From contig OZ244849.1 of assembly GCA_965220875.1 (NCBI GenBank), positions 585,791 to 649,790 on the forward strand: a stretch of 64,000 nt of DNA. The letters run 5' to 3'. Under the pieces are notes generated by a model. That model was given only the letters and a program-made list of their open reading frames with translations, did not search any database and was not told the origin of the DNA. Positions 10,470 to 19,974 of this stretch are shown in pieces. Position numbers and translations under genes: made by a program. Within the stretch, counting starts at the first letter, position 1; the number at the start of each line of letters is the position of its first letter. The stretch comes from Gammaproteobacteria bacterium (lineage in GTDB: Bacteria; Pseudomonadota; Gammaproteobacteria; UBA4575).

Positions 10470-11063
10470 TCAGAGGCTGCCCTTGGTCGACGGGATCTCT
10501 CCTTGCATGCGGGGGTCGTCTGTGACGGCGATGCGCAGTGCACGGCCGAAGGCCTTGAACACGGTCTCGGCGATATGGTGCGAGTTGGACCCCGACAGGT
10601 TGTCCACATGCAGGGTCACGTTCGCATGGTTGACAAATCCCTGGAAGAACTCGTGGATGAGATCGACATCGAAATCGCCCACCCGCGCACGCGGGAACTG
10701 CACCCGAAATTCAAGACCCGGGCGCCCGGAAAAATCAATCACCACCCGGGAAAGCGCTTCGTCCAGCGGGACATAGGCATACCCGTACCGGTAGATGCCC
10801 TGCTTGTCGCCAATGGCCTGTGCAAAGGCTTGCCCCAGCGTGATGCCGACGTCCTCGACGGTATGGTGCGCATCGATTTCCAGGTCCCCCTTGGCATGCA
10901 GGTCAAGATCCAGCCTCCCGTGGCGGGCCACCTGGTCCAGCATGTGCTCGAAAAAGGGCAGACCGGTGTCGAGTTTCGCCTGACCGCTGCCGTCCAGGTT
11001 CAACTGGATCACAACCTGAGTTTCCTTGGTATTGCGTTCAATGCTTGCAGTTCGCGTGCTCAT
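10470..11063 (-). CDS. hisB: imidazoleglycerol-phosphate dehydratase
   Basis: [16 protein letters not shown]...FEHMLDQ. Confidence 0.95.
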   Translation of the reverse strand: MSTRTASIERNTKETQVVIQLNLDGSGQAKLDTGLPFFEHMLDQVARHGRLDLDLHAKGDLEIDAHHTVEDVGITLGQAFAQAIGDKQGIYRYGYAYVPLDEALSRVVIDFSGRPGLEFRVQFPRARVGDFDVDLIHEFFQGFVNHANVTLHVDNLSGSNSHHIAETVFKAFGRALRIAVTDDPRMQGEIPSTKGSL

Positions 11064-11113
11064 GGCTGCGGGGTGATCGGGGTTTCAGTTCATGCGTTTT
11101 CGTATCCCGGCGG

Positions 11114-11551
11114 TTACAGCTGCAGCCAGAAGGTCACCGGGCCGTCATTGACCGAGTGCACCTGCATGTGCGCACCGAACACACCGGTCTTCACTCTACC
11201 ATATTTCGACTTCAGGTGGTCTGCAAACCGCTCGAACAGTGCTTTCGCACGTTCGGGGGAAGCCGCCTGCGAGAAGTTCGCACGCAGCCCCTTGCGGGTA
11301 TTGGCGGCCAGCGTGAACTGCGGGACCAGCAGCACCTCGCCCTTGGCCTGTTCGACACCGAGGTTCATGCGGTCTACATCGTCTGCGAAGACCCGGTAGG
11401 CGAGCACCCGCTCGCCCATGCGCACGAGGATGGCCTCGTCGTCCTGCGGCTGCAACGCAACATACACCAGGAGTCCTGAACCGATTGCAGCGACGATTTC
11501 ATTCTCAACACTCACGCTTGCCGAGGCTACGCGTTGCAGCAGCGCGATCAT
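11114..11551 (-). CDS. dtd: D-aminoacyl-tRNA deacylase
   Basis: MIALLQRVASASV...SVNDGPVTFWLQL. Internal start at the Met corresponding to 11551. ATGA overlap with pip. Confidence 0.9.
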   Translation of the reverse strand: MIALLQRVASASVSVENEIVAAIGSGLLVYVALQPQDDEAILVRMGERVLAYRVFADDVDRMNLGVEQAKGEVLLVPQFTLAANTRKGLRANFSQAASPERAKALFERFADHLKSKYGRVKTGVFGAHMQVHSVNDGPVTFWLQL

Positions 11552-12504
11552 GCAACCTCTCCCATGAATTGTTGTGTGGCCCGAATCAGGGCATCGATGA
11601 TTTCGGGTTCGGTTGCAGAGTGCCCCGAGCACGGTGCGACCTTGAGTTCTGATCCGGGCCAAGCCCGGTGCAGCACCCAGGCCTGCTCGATGGGACACAC
11701 CATGTCATAGCGCCCGTGCACGATCACACCGGGAATGCCTTCGAGACGGTGGGCCTCCTCGAGCAGCTGGTTGTCGCGAAGGAAGGAATCGTGCATGAAA
11801 TAGTGGCACTCGATCCTCGCCAGGCTCAGGGCGGTGGGCTCGTGTTCAAAATGATCCAGCACCGAGGGCTTGGTGACCAGGTTGGAGGTAGCACCTTCCC
11901 AGACCGACCAGGCGCGTGCGGCGGCAAGCCGCACATTTGCATCGTTCGAGGTCAGGCGCCGGTAATAGGCACCGACCATGTCGTGGCGTTCACCCTCGGG
12001 GATGATGCGCACGTACTCTTCCCACAGCTCCGGGTGGATCTTGCCCGCACCCTCCTGGTAGAACCACTGGATGTCCTGCCTGCGACACAGGAAGACGCCG
12101 CGCAGGATAAGTCCTGTGACCCGCCCGGGGTACGCCTCGGCATAGGCCAGTCCCAGCGTGGAACCCCACGAGCCGCCGAACACCAGCCACCGGTCGATAC
12201 CCAGATGTTCGCGGATGCGCTCGATGTCGGCGACCAAGTCTTGGGTCGTGTTCTCGCGCAATTCCGCATGCGGGGTGGAACGCCCACAGCTGCGCTGGTC
12301 GAACAGGATAATCCGGTAGTGCTTGGGGTCGAAGAACCTTCGATGAAATGCCTCGCATCCTGCACCCGGCCCGCCATGCAGAAACAAGACGGGGGTGCCG
12401 TCCGGGCTGCCGCATTCCTCGACCCAAAGCGAGTGCAGCCCGGACACCTTTAACATGAACGTTTGGTACGGTTCGATTTCAGGATAAAGGGGCAGGTATT
12501 TCAT
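11548..12504 (-). CDS. pip: proline iminopeptidase (alpha/beta hydrolase)
   Basis: MKYLPLYPEIEPYQ...GGSWGSTL nucleophile elbow. Confidence 0.85.
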   Translation of the reverse strand: MKYLPLYPEIEPYQTFMLKVSGLHSLWVEECGSPDGTPVLFLHGGPGAGCEAFHRRFFDPKHYRIILFDQRSCGRSTPHAELRENTTQDLVADIERIREHLGIDRWLVFGGSWGSTLGLAYAEAYPGRVTGLILRGVFLCRRQDIQWFYQEGAGKIHPELWEEYVRIIPEGERHDMVGAYYRRLTSNDANVRLAAARAWSVWEGATSNLVTKPSVLDHFEHEPTALSLARIECHYFMHDSFLRDNQLLEEAHRLEGIPGVIVHGRYDMVCPIEQAWVLHRAWPGSELKVAPCSGHSATEPEIIDALIRATQQFMGEVA

Positions 12505-13349
12505 GACTGAATTTTGGGAGGAGTGTTGACCAATGTTTCCCGAGTGTGAATCGCTGAAAGTATACCGCAGCATACCCGTTGATCTGTCCGGATACTGATG
12601 TGCCTTTAATGCTCTCAAATCGTATGTGTGATTACTTTTACATTTCATAACACCCTGCTACAGAATTTGAAGATTCGCGGGTGTCGTGTCCGGTTTCTTT
12701 TTTGACTGACTGGTCATGACGCCTGATATTCCACCGACAATAGACTCAAGCTATGGACACGATAGCTAATACCTGTTCCTGAATGTCGATCCCGTCTACA
12801 TTACCCAGACATCGTTGACGTACCGAATGCTGACCAGTGCATGGTGTTCTGTTACCTCTTCAGCCGCAACCTGTCTGCAACCACTGGCAAGCATTCAGTG
12901 ACAGTAGCTTTCATCGTCTTCCCAGGTGCTAATTTCATTCCTTGTCCTGAAATTTCCATGCATTTCAATTGTGTAAACAGCCGTTGTCGTTCTTTGCAAG
13001 GTTTCTTAAAAGGAATGATGACGAATGGATTCATAGTGCCGGTAAGCTGTGATATGATGTATCTACCTTGTCTACAGGTTGGAGGAGCAGCACATGGGTG
13101 TTGCGTTCATGCAACGAGGCATGCCCATAAACCCGCCCGGAATGACACTAATAGCGTGTTTTATAAGCGGTTTGTTTCAGGAAACTTTCACAAAAAAGTT
13201 GTTGCAGTCTGTTTGGAGACCATGTAGATTTGGCATAAAATCATACAGGCACGCTTATCGTTTGATGCAAGTCAGGCGAGAGTGTGTATGCTTTTACTAA
13301 CGTTAGGTTAAATTCAAGGCCTATTATTTTAGGAAGGGAGCTTCGAAAG

Positions 13350-15122
13350 ATGTCTACACTATCTAAGAAATTGGTGGCGCTTTTCGCGGTCATCATATTT
13401 TCCATGGCGATGTATGGATGCGGCGGCGGCGGCAGTAGCGGCCCTGCGACAATGACGCCGACTGAACCGACTGAGCCAACTGAACCGACTGAACCGACTG
13501 AACATACTGTTGACATAGGTGGTCTCACAGTTGCAGCTGGTGAATATGAAGTTCCGGCAGGCGGCACTCTTGATGTGGGAGAGGGTGAAACCGAGGTTAC
13601 GCTTTCATGCCCAGGGGATACAGCCTGTACAGTAACAGTAGCAGATGACGGTACCGCCACTTCAACCGGTGGCGCAGTCACTGCGGCATTGTCAGCAGCT
13701 GCCATGCAAGCCATTGCTGATCGGGAAGAAGCAGAGAGAATGGCTGCTGTAGAAGCTGCTACTAAAGCGGCTGGAACGAAGAGAATGGCCATCGCGGCCG
13801 AGGCAGCGCAATCGGCTGATGCCGGTCTTGGTGGCAGTGACCATGTGAATACAGACGGCACACCTGGCAATGCAGATGATCCTTATAGCTTGGCTATCAC
13901 CCGTGACAGGGATGGAACAGAGATCAAGATTACTGATCACGGGATGACGGGCGATGATGATCCGAAGTTCACACAGGCCATGGATTTAGGTGGCGGACGC
14001 ACCATGCACACGCGCGCGATGGAAGCCGATGACGAAGGTAATGTTGAGGATGAAGTCGTGATCGTCAGCACTGACATTGAAGGGCCCAAAGGGGTAGCGT
14101 TCGCGATGTGGCAGAATGCAGCTGGCGATACGCCTCAAACACTGGCCGTCAGCAGCGTCACCGGCTCAGCTGCCGATACGGCAGCAGGCCAGACTAACAA
14201 TGCTCTGACTATCGCGGAGGACACAACTCTTACCGGAGATGCGAATACAAATCTGATGTTTGCGCGCTCCACCACGGATGGAGCTCTCAACTACACCGTC
14301 AACGACACGAGTACCGCGGGTACGGATGAGGCTTTGCACGACGGCACCTATAACGGGGCTGAGGGTACATATCGCTGCACCGGTACTACAATTTGCACCG
14401 TCACCTTCAACGACAAGGGTATGGTTGTTGGCAACACTGGTGGTTGGGTCTTCGTTCCAGATAAGGGCGCCACCTCAGACCAGCCGGACTACGACTACCT
14501 GCACTACGGCGTCTGGCTCAAGAGGACCACCGATAAAGATGGTGCAGTTACTTACAACGAGGTCGAGACCTTTGCTGGTTCATCGCTTGCTGCTTCCGAC
14601 GGGAGCGAGCTCAACTCAGTCGAAGGTAGTGCGTCGTACGAAGGTGGTGCCACGGGCGTGTATGTACACGAAGTGCGTAATCCGGACGGCACGGAAGCAT
14701 CAGCCACTTTCGGCCACTTTACTGCGGATGTCTCACTGACGGCGTATTTCGCTCAGACTGGAGATAACCCTGAAACAACAGGCGTCACCGAAGCGGGGAC
14801 TGTCGCGCCGAACTTGCTCAACACCGTCAGTGGCTCGATCAACAACTTCATGTTATCTGGGGGAGAAGCCAACACGTGGTCGGTAACCGTACAGGCCAGC
14901 CGTGCAGGTAGTGCAAACACTTTCTCCGGTACGGCCAAGGGCGGATCGCCCAGCAACGATGGGTCGATTAGCGGAACTTACCACGGCCCAACGCCTGAGA
15001 CTACGGCTACTAATGACCCTACAACTGCCAGAACGGCTCCGGGTTCGATGGTCGGCGAGTTCAATTCCTTCTTCACCAACGGCTCTGTAGCCGGTGCCTT
15101 CGGGGCGAGAAAGGACGAATGA
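13350..15122 (+). CDS. large TbpB-family surface lipoprotein with PTE repeats (candidate Slam substrate)
   Basis: Good SD (AGGAAGGGAG). Signal MSTLSKKLVALFAVIIFSMAMYGC, then a GGGGSSG tether and (PTE)x5. An internal duplicated motif CPGDTACTVTVADDG / CTGTTICTVTFNDKG. C-terminus GTYHGP...SVAGAFGARKDE is the TbpB-like barrel ending. Confidence 0.7.
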   Translation: MSTLSKKLVALFAVIIFSMAMYGCGGGGSSGPATMTPTEPTEPTEPTEPTEHTVDIGGLTVAAGEYEVPAGGTLDVGEGETEVTLSCPGDTACTVTVADDGTATSTGGAVTAALSAAAMQAIADREEAERMAAVEAATKAAGTKRMAIAAEAAQSADAGLGGSDHVNTDGTPGNADDPYSLAITRDRDGTEIKITDHGMTGDDDPKFTQAMDLGGGRTMHTRAMEADDEGNVEDEVVIVSTDIEGPKGVAFAMWQNAAGDTPQTLAVSSVTGSAADTAAGQTNNALTIAEDTTLTGDANTNLMFARSTTDGALNYTVNDTSTAGTDEALHDGTYNGAEGTYRCTGTTICTVTFNDKGMVVGNTGGWVFVPDKGATSDQPDYDYLHYGVWLKRTTDKDGAVTYNEVETFAGSSLAASDGSELNSVEGSASYEGGATGVYVHEVRNPDGTEASATFGHFTADVSLTAYFAQTGDNPETTGVTEAGTVAPNLLNTVSGSINNFMLSGGEANTWSVTVQASRAGSANTFSGTAKGGSPSNDGSISGTYHGPTPETTATNDPTTARTAPGSMVGEFNSFFTNGSVAGAFGARKDE

Positions 15123-15161
15123 TCGTTTGAAGATAGGCTGACTTCTTACTCAAGCTCCCAA

Positions 15162-15196
15162 AAGAGGGTGGCAGATTTGCCACCCTCTTTTTTTTG
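15162..15196 (+). terminator. rho-independent terminator after the lipoprotein gene
   Basis: AAAGAGGGTGGCAGATTTGCCACCCTCTTTTTTTT: a perfect 11-bp stem followed by a T-run, 40 bp after the stop. Confidence 0.55.
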
Positions 15197-15441
15197 CTCG
15201 GCAAAAAATTGGAGCCCTGTCCGAATGGTACCCCTGATCAGATGCGGCAGACAATGACATCCAGACGAAACTTCAGTCACAATGTCCCTTCCCCTGAAAC
15301 GGAAAACTATCTCCCCCTTAGAACCAACCCGTCGTTCACACATACAACAATTCAGTCTTACATGTGTAAGAAGCACACATATGCGTTGATTCATGACATG
15401 TGAACTGACCGGATACGGTTGGCAAAGGTTTTCCATCGAGG

Positions 15442-16062
15442 TCATCCAGTCCAGAGCGCAGTGAGGACAGAAGTAGTTGTAGAAGTGCTATCCGGCCAGT
15501 GCGGGTGCGCATCCCAGACGGTGAGGCGGACGGGACAGAGGTTCCAGAACTCGGTTCTTGAGTTGTCGTTAGCCCGTTCGATAATGCCGTTGATCTGTGG
15601 GCTTTTCGGTAGCAGCACGGCTAGCGGGAGGTCGAACACTTCACAGGTAGCCTTGAAGTCCGCCCGGAACTCATTGCCGTCGACCTGGACCGAGCGTAGC
15701 GGATACGGCAGGTCTTCACGGACGGCCTCAAGAAAGCGTCTGGTGTTGCGGGCCATAACCTGAGAATAGACCCGTGTCGCCATCTGTTTCCCGACGGAAC
15801 AGGTGCCTTGACTTCTTTCAGTGTGTTACCCTCGCGCAAGACCGACATGTGATCGATCTGCGCCAGTTCGCCCAGGGTGCGTGCCTTTGCACCGTACTTC
15901 CAGTTGTACAGGCTGCTCTAGGGCGCCGGCCTCGCTGCTGCCTGGAGCCCGAAGCTGGTTATAGGCTTGCAGGGTGCGGTGGCGCTCGACCGCAAACTCG
16001 GCAACGGCTTCGACCACCTTGAAGCTTTTGTACGATTGAACGCGAAGCGATTTAATATGCAT
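15442..16062 (-). mobile_element. degraded IS481-like (rve/DDE) transposase, frameshifted fragments
   Basis: Fragment 15783..15442 has FLEAVRED...VQVDGNEF...PKSPQINGIIERANDNSRTEFWN, matching the rve TDNGxEF and SPQxNGxxER motifs. Fragment 16062..15826 has HRTLQAYNQLRAP, similar to the YNxxRPH C-terminal motif. Fragments are broken by an in-frame stop and are out of order, so this is a relic. Confidence 0.55.
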
Positions 16063-16452
16063 GGCTGGGTCTCTTCCTTGTGAACGGCTTACTCATTGAA
16101 GGCTACCCGATCCGGTGCAGAGGGGGAAATACCCCTGCACCACCTCATTCAAGACAACGGCCCATCTCCGCTGAAAAGTGCCAAAGCTGAACCTGTACAG
16201 AAATCCTGTTCAGATCTCGTTTTCCCTGTATCATTCTGCAAACAGGATCACAAGTGTGTCAAAAGTTGAATAAGCTGTAGCAGACCAGTGCTGTCCGGCT
16301 TGCTCCTTGATTGAAGGAAACCCAATCACAAAAATAGATTATTATGAATGTACAAACAGAGACAGCCAAGTTCTGCCTGAGTCCGGAATCAGCGTGTCCT
16401 GTATAAGTGTTGAATTCACTTCTACATCTTCGTTTCTCAGGTCCCATGACTT

Positions 16453-17817
16453 ATGAAAAAAATACCGGTTAGCCGCTTTCTTGTATCCATCACTCTGCTG
16501 TCGCTGTCGGCTATGGGGACTGCATTTGCCAGCAGCGCAGAACTTCAGCCATCGCACGCAGATGAAAGCAAGGCCCGGGCACTGCTCAATAACCGGCAAT
16601 TTGACGAGGCTCTGACAATTTTACGCCCCCTGGCAAAAGCACATCCCGAGCACATCAACCTTCACTTCCTGCTCGGTCTGGCTGCCATCGAACGCTCCCG
16701 CCTGGCACAAACTTCGAAGGAAGAGCAGGAAGCCCTGCTGGATGAAGCCATTGCCACCCTGCACAGGCTACTGGTCAATCATCCAAAGCTTGAACGCGTA
16801 CGGCTTGAGCTCGCCCGTGCATTCTTCTACAAGAAAGAGGATTCCCTGTCGCGCAAGCATTTCAAGCGGGTGCTGGCTGGAGATCCACCGCCCCCCGTGG
16901 CGGAAAATATCCAGCGCTTCCTCAACGAAATCCGGGCCAGAAAGCGCTGGTCGGTGTATCTCGGCAGCACGCTCAAGCCCAGCTCCAACATCGGCCGAAA
17001 TTCCGAGACCGAGATCATCAACATTTTCGGTCTGCCCTTTCGCCGCGATGAGGTTGAAAAGAAGAAATCAGGGGTCGGTCTTTCTGTCTGGGCCGGTGGC
17101 GGCTACTGGCATCCCCTGGCCGAGCGCCTTCGGCTTCGCTTTGGCACCGATCTCGCCCGCGAGGAATACCCGGGAAAAGAGGAGGACCAGTCCTTCCTGG
17201 GAGTACACGCCGGCCCTGAATGGCTCGTCAATGCAAGAACCAGTGTCAGCCTGCTCGCCGATGCGCGGCATCTCTGGCGCATCACCTCACCCTATTACCT
17301 TGACTTCGGGGTACGCTCGGAAATCAAGCACCGGGTGAACCGGCGCCTCTGGCTGAAAGGGCAGGCCTCCTGGCATGACCGCGACTACCGGAAGCTCGAC
17401 TACCTGGATGGCTCGACCATGAATCTATCGTTGAACGGGACCTGGATCGCCTTGCCCACCGTGCGACTGGAGGGTGCCCTTGGCTATGCCGATGAGCACA
17501 CGAAATCCAAGACCTGGCGCCATGACACCCGCTGGGGCCGTATCGGCACGCTGGTGGCCCTGCCACGCGGCTTTACCGTGGGCGGCAGTGCCGAGATTCG
17601 AAGAACCCGCTACGAGGGGAACTGGTTCCCATTTACCAGCGGCGTCCCCCGCAAGGATCGCACCAATATCTATCGCGCCTCGGTATACAACCGGGCTTTC
17701 ACGCTGTACGGGTTCAGCCCTCAATTCGTGATCACCCACGAGGAAAAGGATACCAACTCGCAGGTCTACGGCTATGACAGCACCGGCGGCGAGATACGGT
17801 TCGTGCGCCAGTTCTAG
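16453..17817 (+). CDS. TPR plus DUF560-like outer-membrane beta-barrel; putative Slam surface-lipoprotein translocon
   Basis: 454 aa. Sec signal (MKKIPVSRFLVSITLLSLSAMGTAFA), about 150 aa of TPR-like helices, then about 300 aa with alternating beta-strand character ending in an aromatic C-terminus (RFVRQF). The size and architecture match Slam, and the gene sits next to a TbpB-like lipoprotein. DUF560 membership was not checked by HMM. Confidence 0.65.
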   Translation: MKKIPVSRFLVSITLLSLSAMGTAFASSAELQPSHADESKARALLNNRQFDEALTILRPLAKAHPEHINLHFLLGLAAIERSRLAQTSKEEQEALLDEAIATLHRLLVNHPKLERVRLELARAFFYKKEDSLSRKHFKRVLAGDPPPPVAENIQRFLNEIRARKRWSVYLGSTLKPSSNIGRNSETEIINIFGLPFRRDEVEKKKSGVGLSVWAGGGYWHPLAERLRLRFGTDLAREEYPGKEEDQSFLGVHAGPEWLVNARTSVSLLADARHLWRITSPYYLDFGVRSEIKHRVNRRLWLKGQASWHDRDYRKLDYLDGSTMNLSLNGTWIALPTVRLEGALGYADEHTKSKTWRHDTRWGRIGTLVALPRGFTVGGSAEIRRTRYEGNWFPFTSGVPRKDRTNIYRASVYNRAFTLYGFSPQFVITHEEKDTNSQVYGYDSTGGEIRFVRQF

Positions 17818-17897
17818 AATCCAGACCCGGCGCATACAAGCCCCGAGGCTGACCCTTTGCTTCCAGCCTCCCAGTCATAAATCGTCCCGCCCTGTTT

Positions 17898-18479
17898 TCA
17901 GCGCCTCTGTGCCACCAGCCAGGCCGTATCCCGCACGCCCTGGCCGGTATCCCCGACGCGGCCCAGTTCCCGGTAGGCCAGTACATGCAGCGGTGCGAAC
18001 AGTTCCAGCAACTCGTTGGCACCCAGCCGGTATGCAGGATTGCTTGGACCCTCATCGGAGACCTTTTCATGAATGAAGGTCTGGTAGTACAGCAAACCAT
18101 TTGGCCTCAATGCCTCGGTGATCGCACCGCACAGCCCGCGCTCCAGGTAAAAACTGATACAGATCACATCGAAGGTGCCCGGTGCAGGCGGGGATTCCTG
18201 CACGTCTCGAACCTCAGTCTGTAGGCAAAGCCCCTCGGACTCGGCCTTGCGTGCAAGGGTCTCGATCGCCTCCCCGGAGATGTCCCAGGCATGCGCATGC
18301 AGCCCCCGCCGGGCCAGGAACAGCGCATTGCCGCCGCGCCCGCAGGCCAGATCCAGGGCCGTGCCGGTTTCAGGCAACAGGAAGGTGTATTCCCTCAAGA
18401 CCGCGCACGCGCCCGGCTTTCCCGCGGGGGCCTCCCTGTACCTCCGGTTCCACTTCCCGCGGGCCTGCTCATCGGCCAT
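17898..18479 (-). CDS. SAM-dependent methyltransferase (TehB-like)
   Basis: LDLACGRGGNALFLA motif I, 193 aa. Confidence 0.7.
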   Translation of the reverse strand: MADEQARGKWNRRYREAPAGKPGACAVLREYTFLLPETGTALDLACGRGGNALFLARRGLHAHAWDISGEAIETLARKAESEGLCLQTEVRDVQESPPAPGTFDVICISFYLERGLCGAITEALRPNGLLYYQTFIHEKVSDEGPSNPAYRLGANELLELFAPLHVLAYRELGRVGDTGQGVRDTAWLVAQRR

Positions 18480-18488
18480 GACCGGTCC

Positions 18489-19940
18489 CTACCTGCGCCA
18501 GAACGCGGGGGTCAGCACCACCAGCAGGGTGAAGATCTCGAGGCGCCCCAGCAGCATGGCCAGGCACAGGATCCACTTGCTCAGGGCATTGATGCCGGTG
18601 TAGTTCGCACCCACCTCGCCCAGGCCCGGGCCCAGGTTGTTGAGGGTGGCGGCCACCGCGGAGAAGGCCGTGACCTCGTCGAGCCCCGTGGCCATGAGCA
18701 GCAGGATCATGAACATGAAGATGGCGATGTAGGCAAAGAAGAATCCCCACACCGCCTGCATCACTCGCCCGTCCACGGGCCGGGGCCCGATCTTCACCGC
18801 GATCTTCGCGCTCGGGTGGATCAGGCGCATCATCTCCCGCATGCCCTGCTTGAACAGCAGCAGCACGCGGATCACCTTGAGCCCGCCGCCGGTCGAGCCC
18901 GCACAGCCCCCGATGAAACTTGCAAACAGCAGCAGCCACGGCAGGAAGCCCGGCCACAGGTGGAACTGCGACGTGGTGAAACCCGTGGTGGTGCCGATCG
19001 ACACCGCGTGGAAGACGGCCTTGCCGAAGGCGTGATCCCACACGGGATAGACCTGCGCGAGGCGCAGGAACAGGAATGCGATCAAGGTGATCGCTAGCAG
19101 CACCAGGACGTAGGTCCTGAATTCCGCATCCTGCAGGTAGTGGCGCACCTTGAGGGACTTCCAGGTGATGAAATGCAGCCCGAAGTTGGCCCCCGCCAGC
19201 AGCATGAACACGATCGCGATCGTCTCGATCGCGGCACTGTTGAAATAGCCGAGGCTCGCATCGTGCGTGGAAAACCCGCCGATGGCCACGGTGGAGAAGC
19301 TGTGCGAGACCGCATCGAAGAGGCTCATGCCGGCCAGCCAGTAGCTGAACGCGCAGATCACGGTCAGCAGCAGGTAGATGAACCACAGCGCCTTGGCCGT
19401 CTCCTTGATGCGCGGCGTCAGCCGGTTGTCCTTGACCGGCCCCGGGGTCTCAGCCTGGTACAGCTGCATGCCGCCGACGCCGAGCATCGGCAGGATCGCC
19501 ACGGCCAGCACGATCAGTCCCATGCCCCCCAGCCACTGCAGGGTCTGGCGGTAGAACAGGATCGACCGCGGCAGGGTGTCGAGCTGGGTGATGACGGTGG
19601 CACCGGTCGTGGTCAGCCCGGAGATGGACTCGAACACCGCATCGGTGAGGCCGAGTGCGAGTGGCTTGCTGAACAGGAAAGGCAGCGCCCCGAAGCTGCC
19701 GAGCACGGTCCAGAACAGGACCACCACCAGGAACCCGTCCCGAAGGTGCATGTCGTCCCGTGAGTCGCGCACCGGGTACCACAGGGCCAGCGCGCAGGCC
19801 AGGGTGATGAGCACGGAGAGCACGAACGGAACCGCCGACTCGTCCGGGTAGAGCAGGGTCACCGCGATCGGGGGCAGCATGGTGAGGCTGAACCCCCCCA
19901 GCAGGATGCCCAGTATTCGCTGTACGACCTGTCGCTGCAT
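18489..19940 (-). CDS. trkH: Trk potassium uptake membrane subunit
   Basis: 483 aa polytopic protein with repeated TrkH pore-loop GGxS motifs. Confidence 0.9.
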   Translation of the reverse strand: MQRQVVQRILGILLGGFSLTMLPPIAVTLLYPDESAVPFVLSVLITLACALALWYPVRDSRDDMHLRDGFLVVVLFWTVLGSFGALPFLFSKPLALGLTDAVFESISGLTTTGATVITQLDTLPRSILFYRQTLQWLGGMGLIVLAVAILPMLGVGGMQLYQAETPGPVKDNRLTPRIKETAKALWFIYLLLTVICAFSYWLAGMSLFDAVSHSFSTVAIGGFSTHDASLGYFNSAAIETIAIVFMLLAGANFGLHFITWKSLKVRHYLQDAEFRTYVLVLLAITLIAFLFLRLAQVYPVWDHAFGKAVFHAVSIGTTTGFTTSQFHLWPGFLPWLLLFASFIGGCAGSTGGGLKVIRVLLLFKQGMREMMRLIHPSAKIAVKIGPRPVDGRVMQAVWGFFFAYIAIFMFMILLLMATGLDEVTAFSAVAATLNNLGPGLGEVGANYTGINALSKWILCLAMLLGRLEIFTLLVVLTPAFWRR

Positions 19941-19974
19941 GTGCGCCTGCCTGAAATCAGTGCCGGTACGGACC

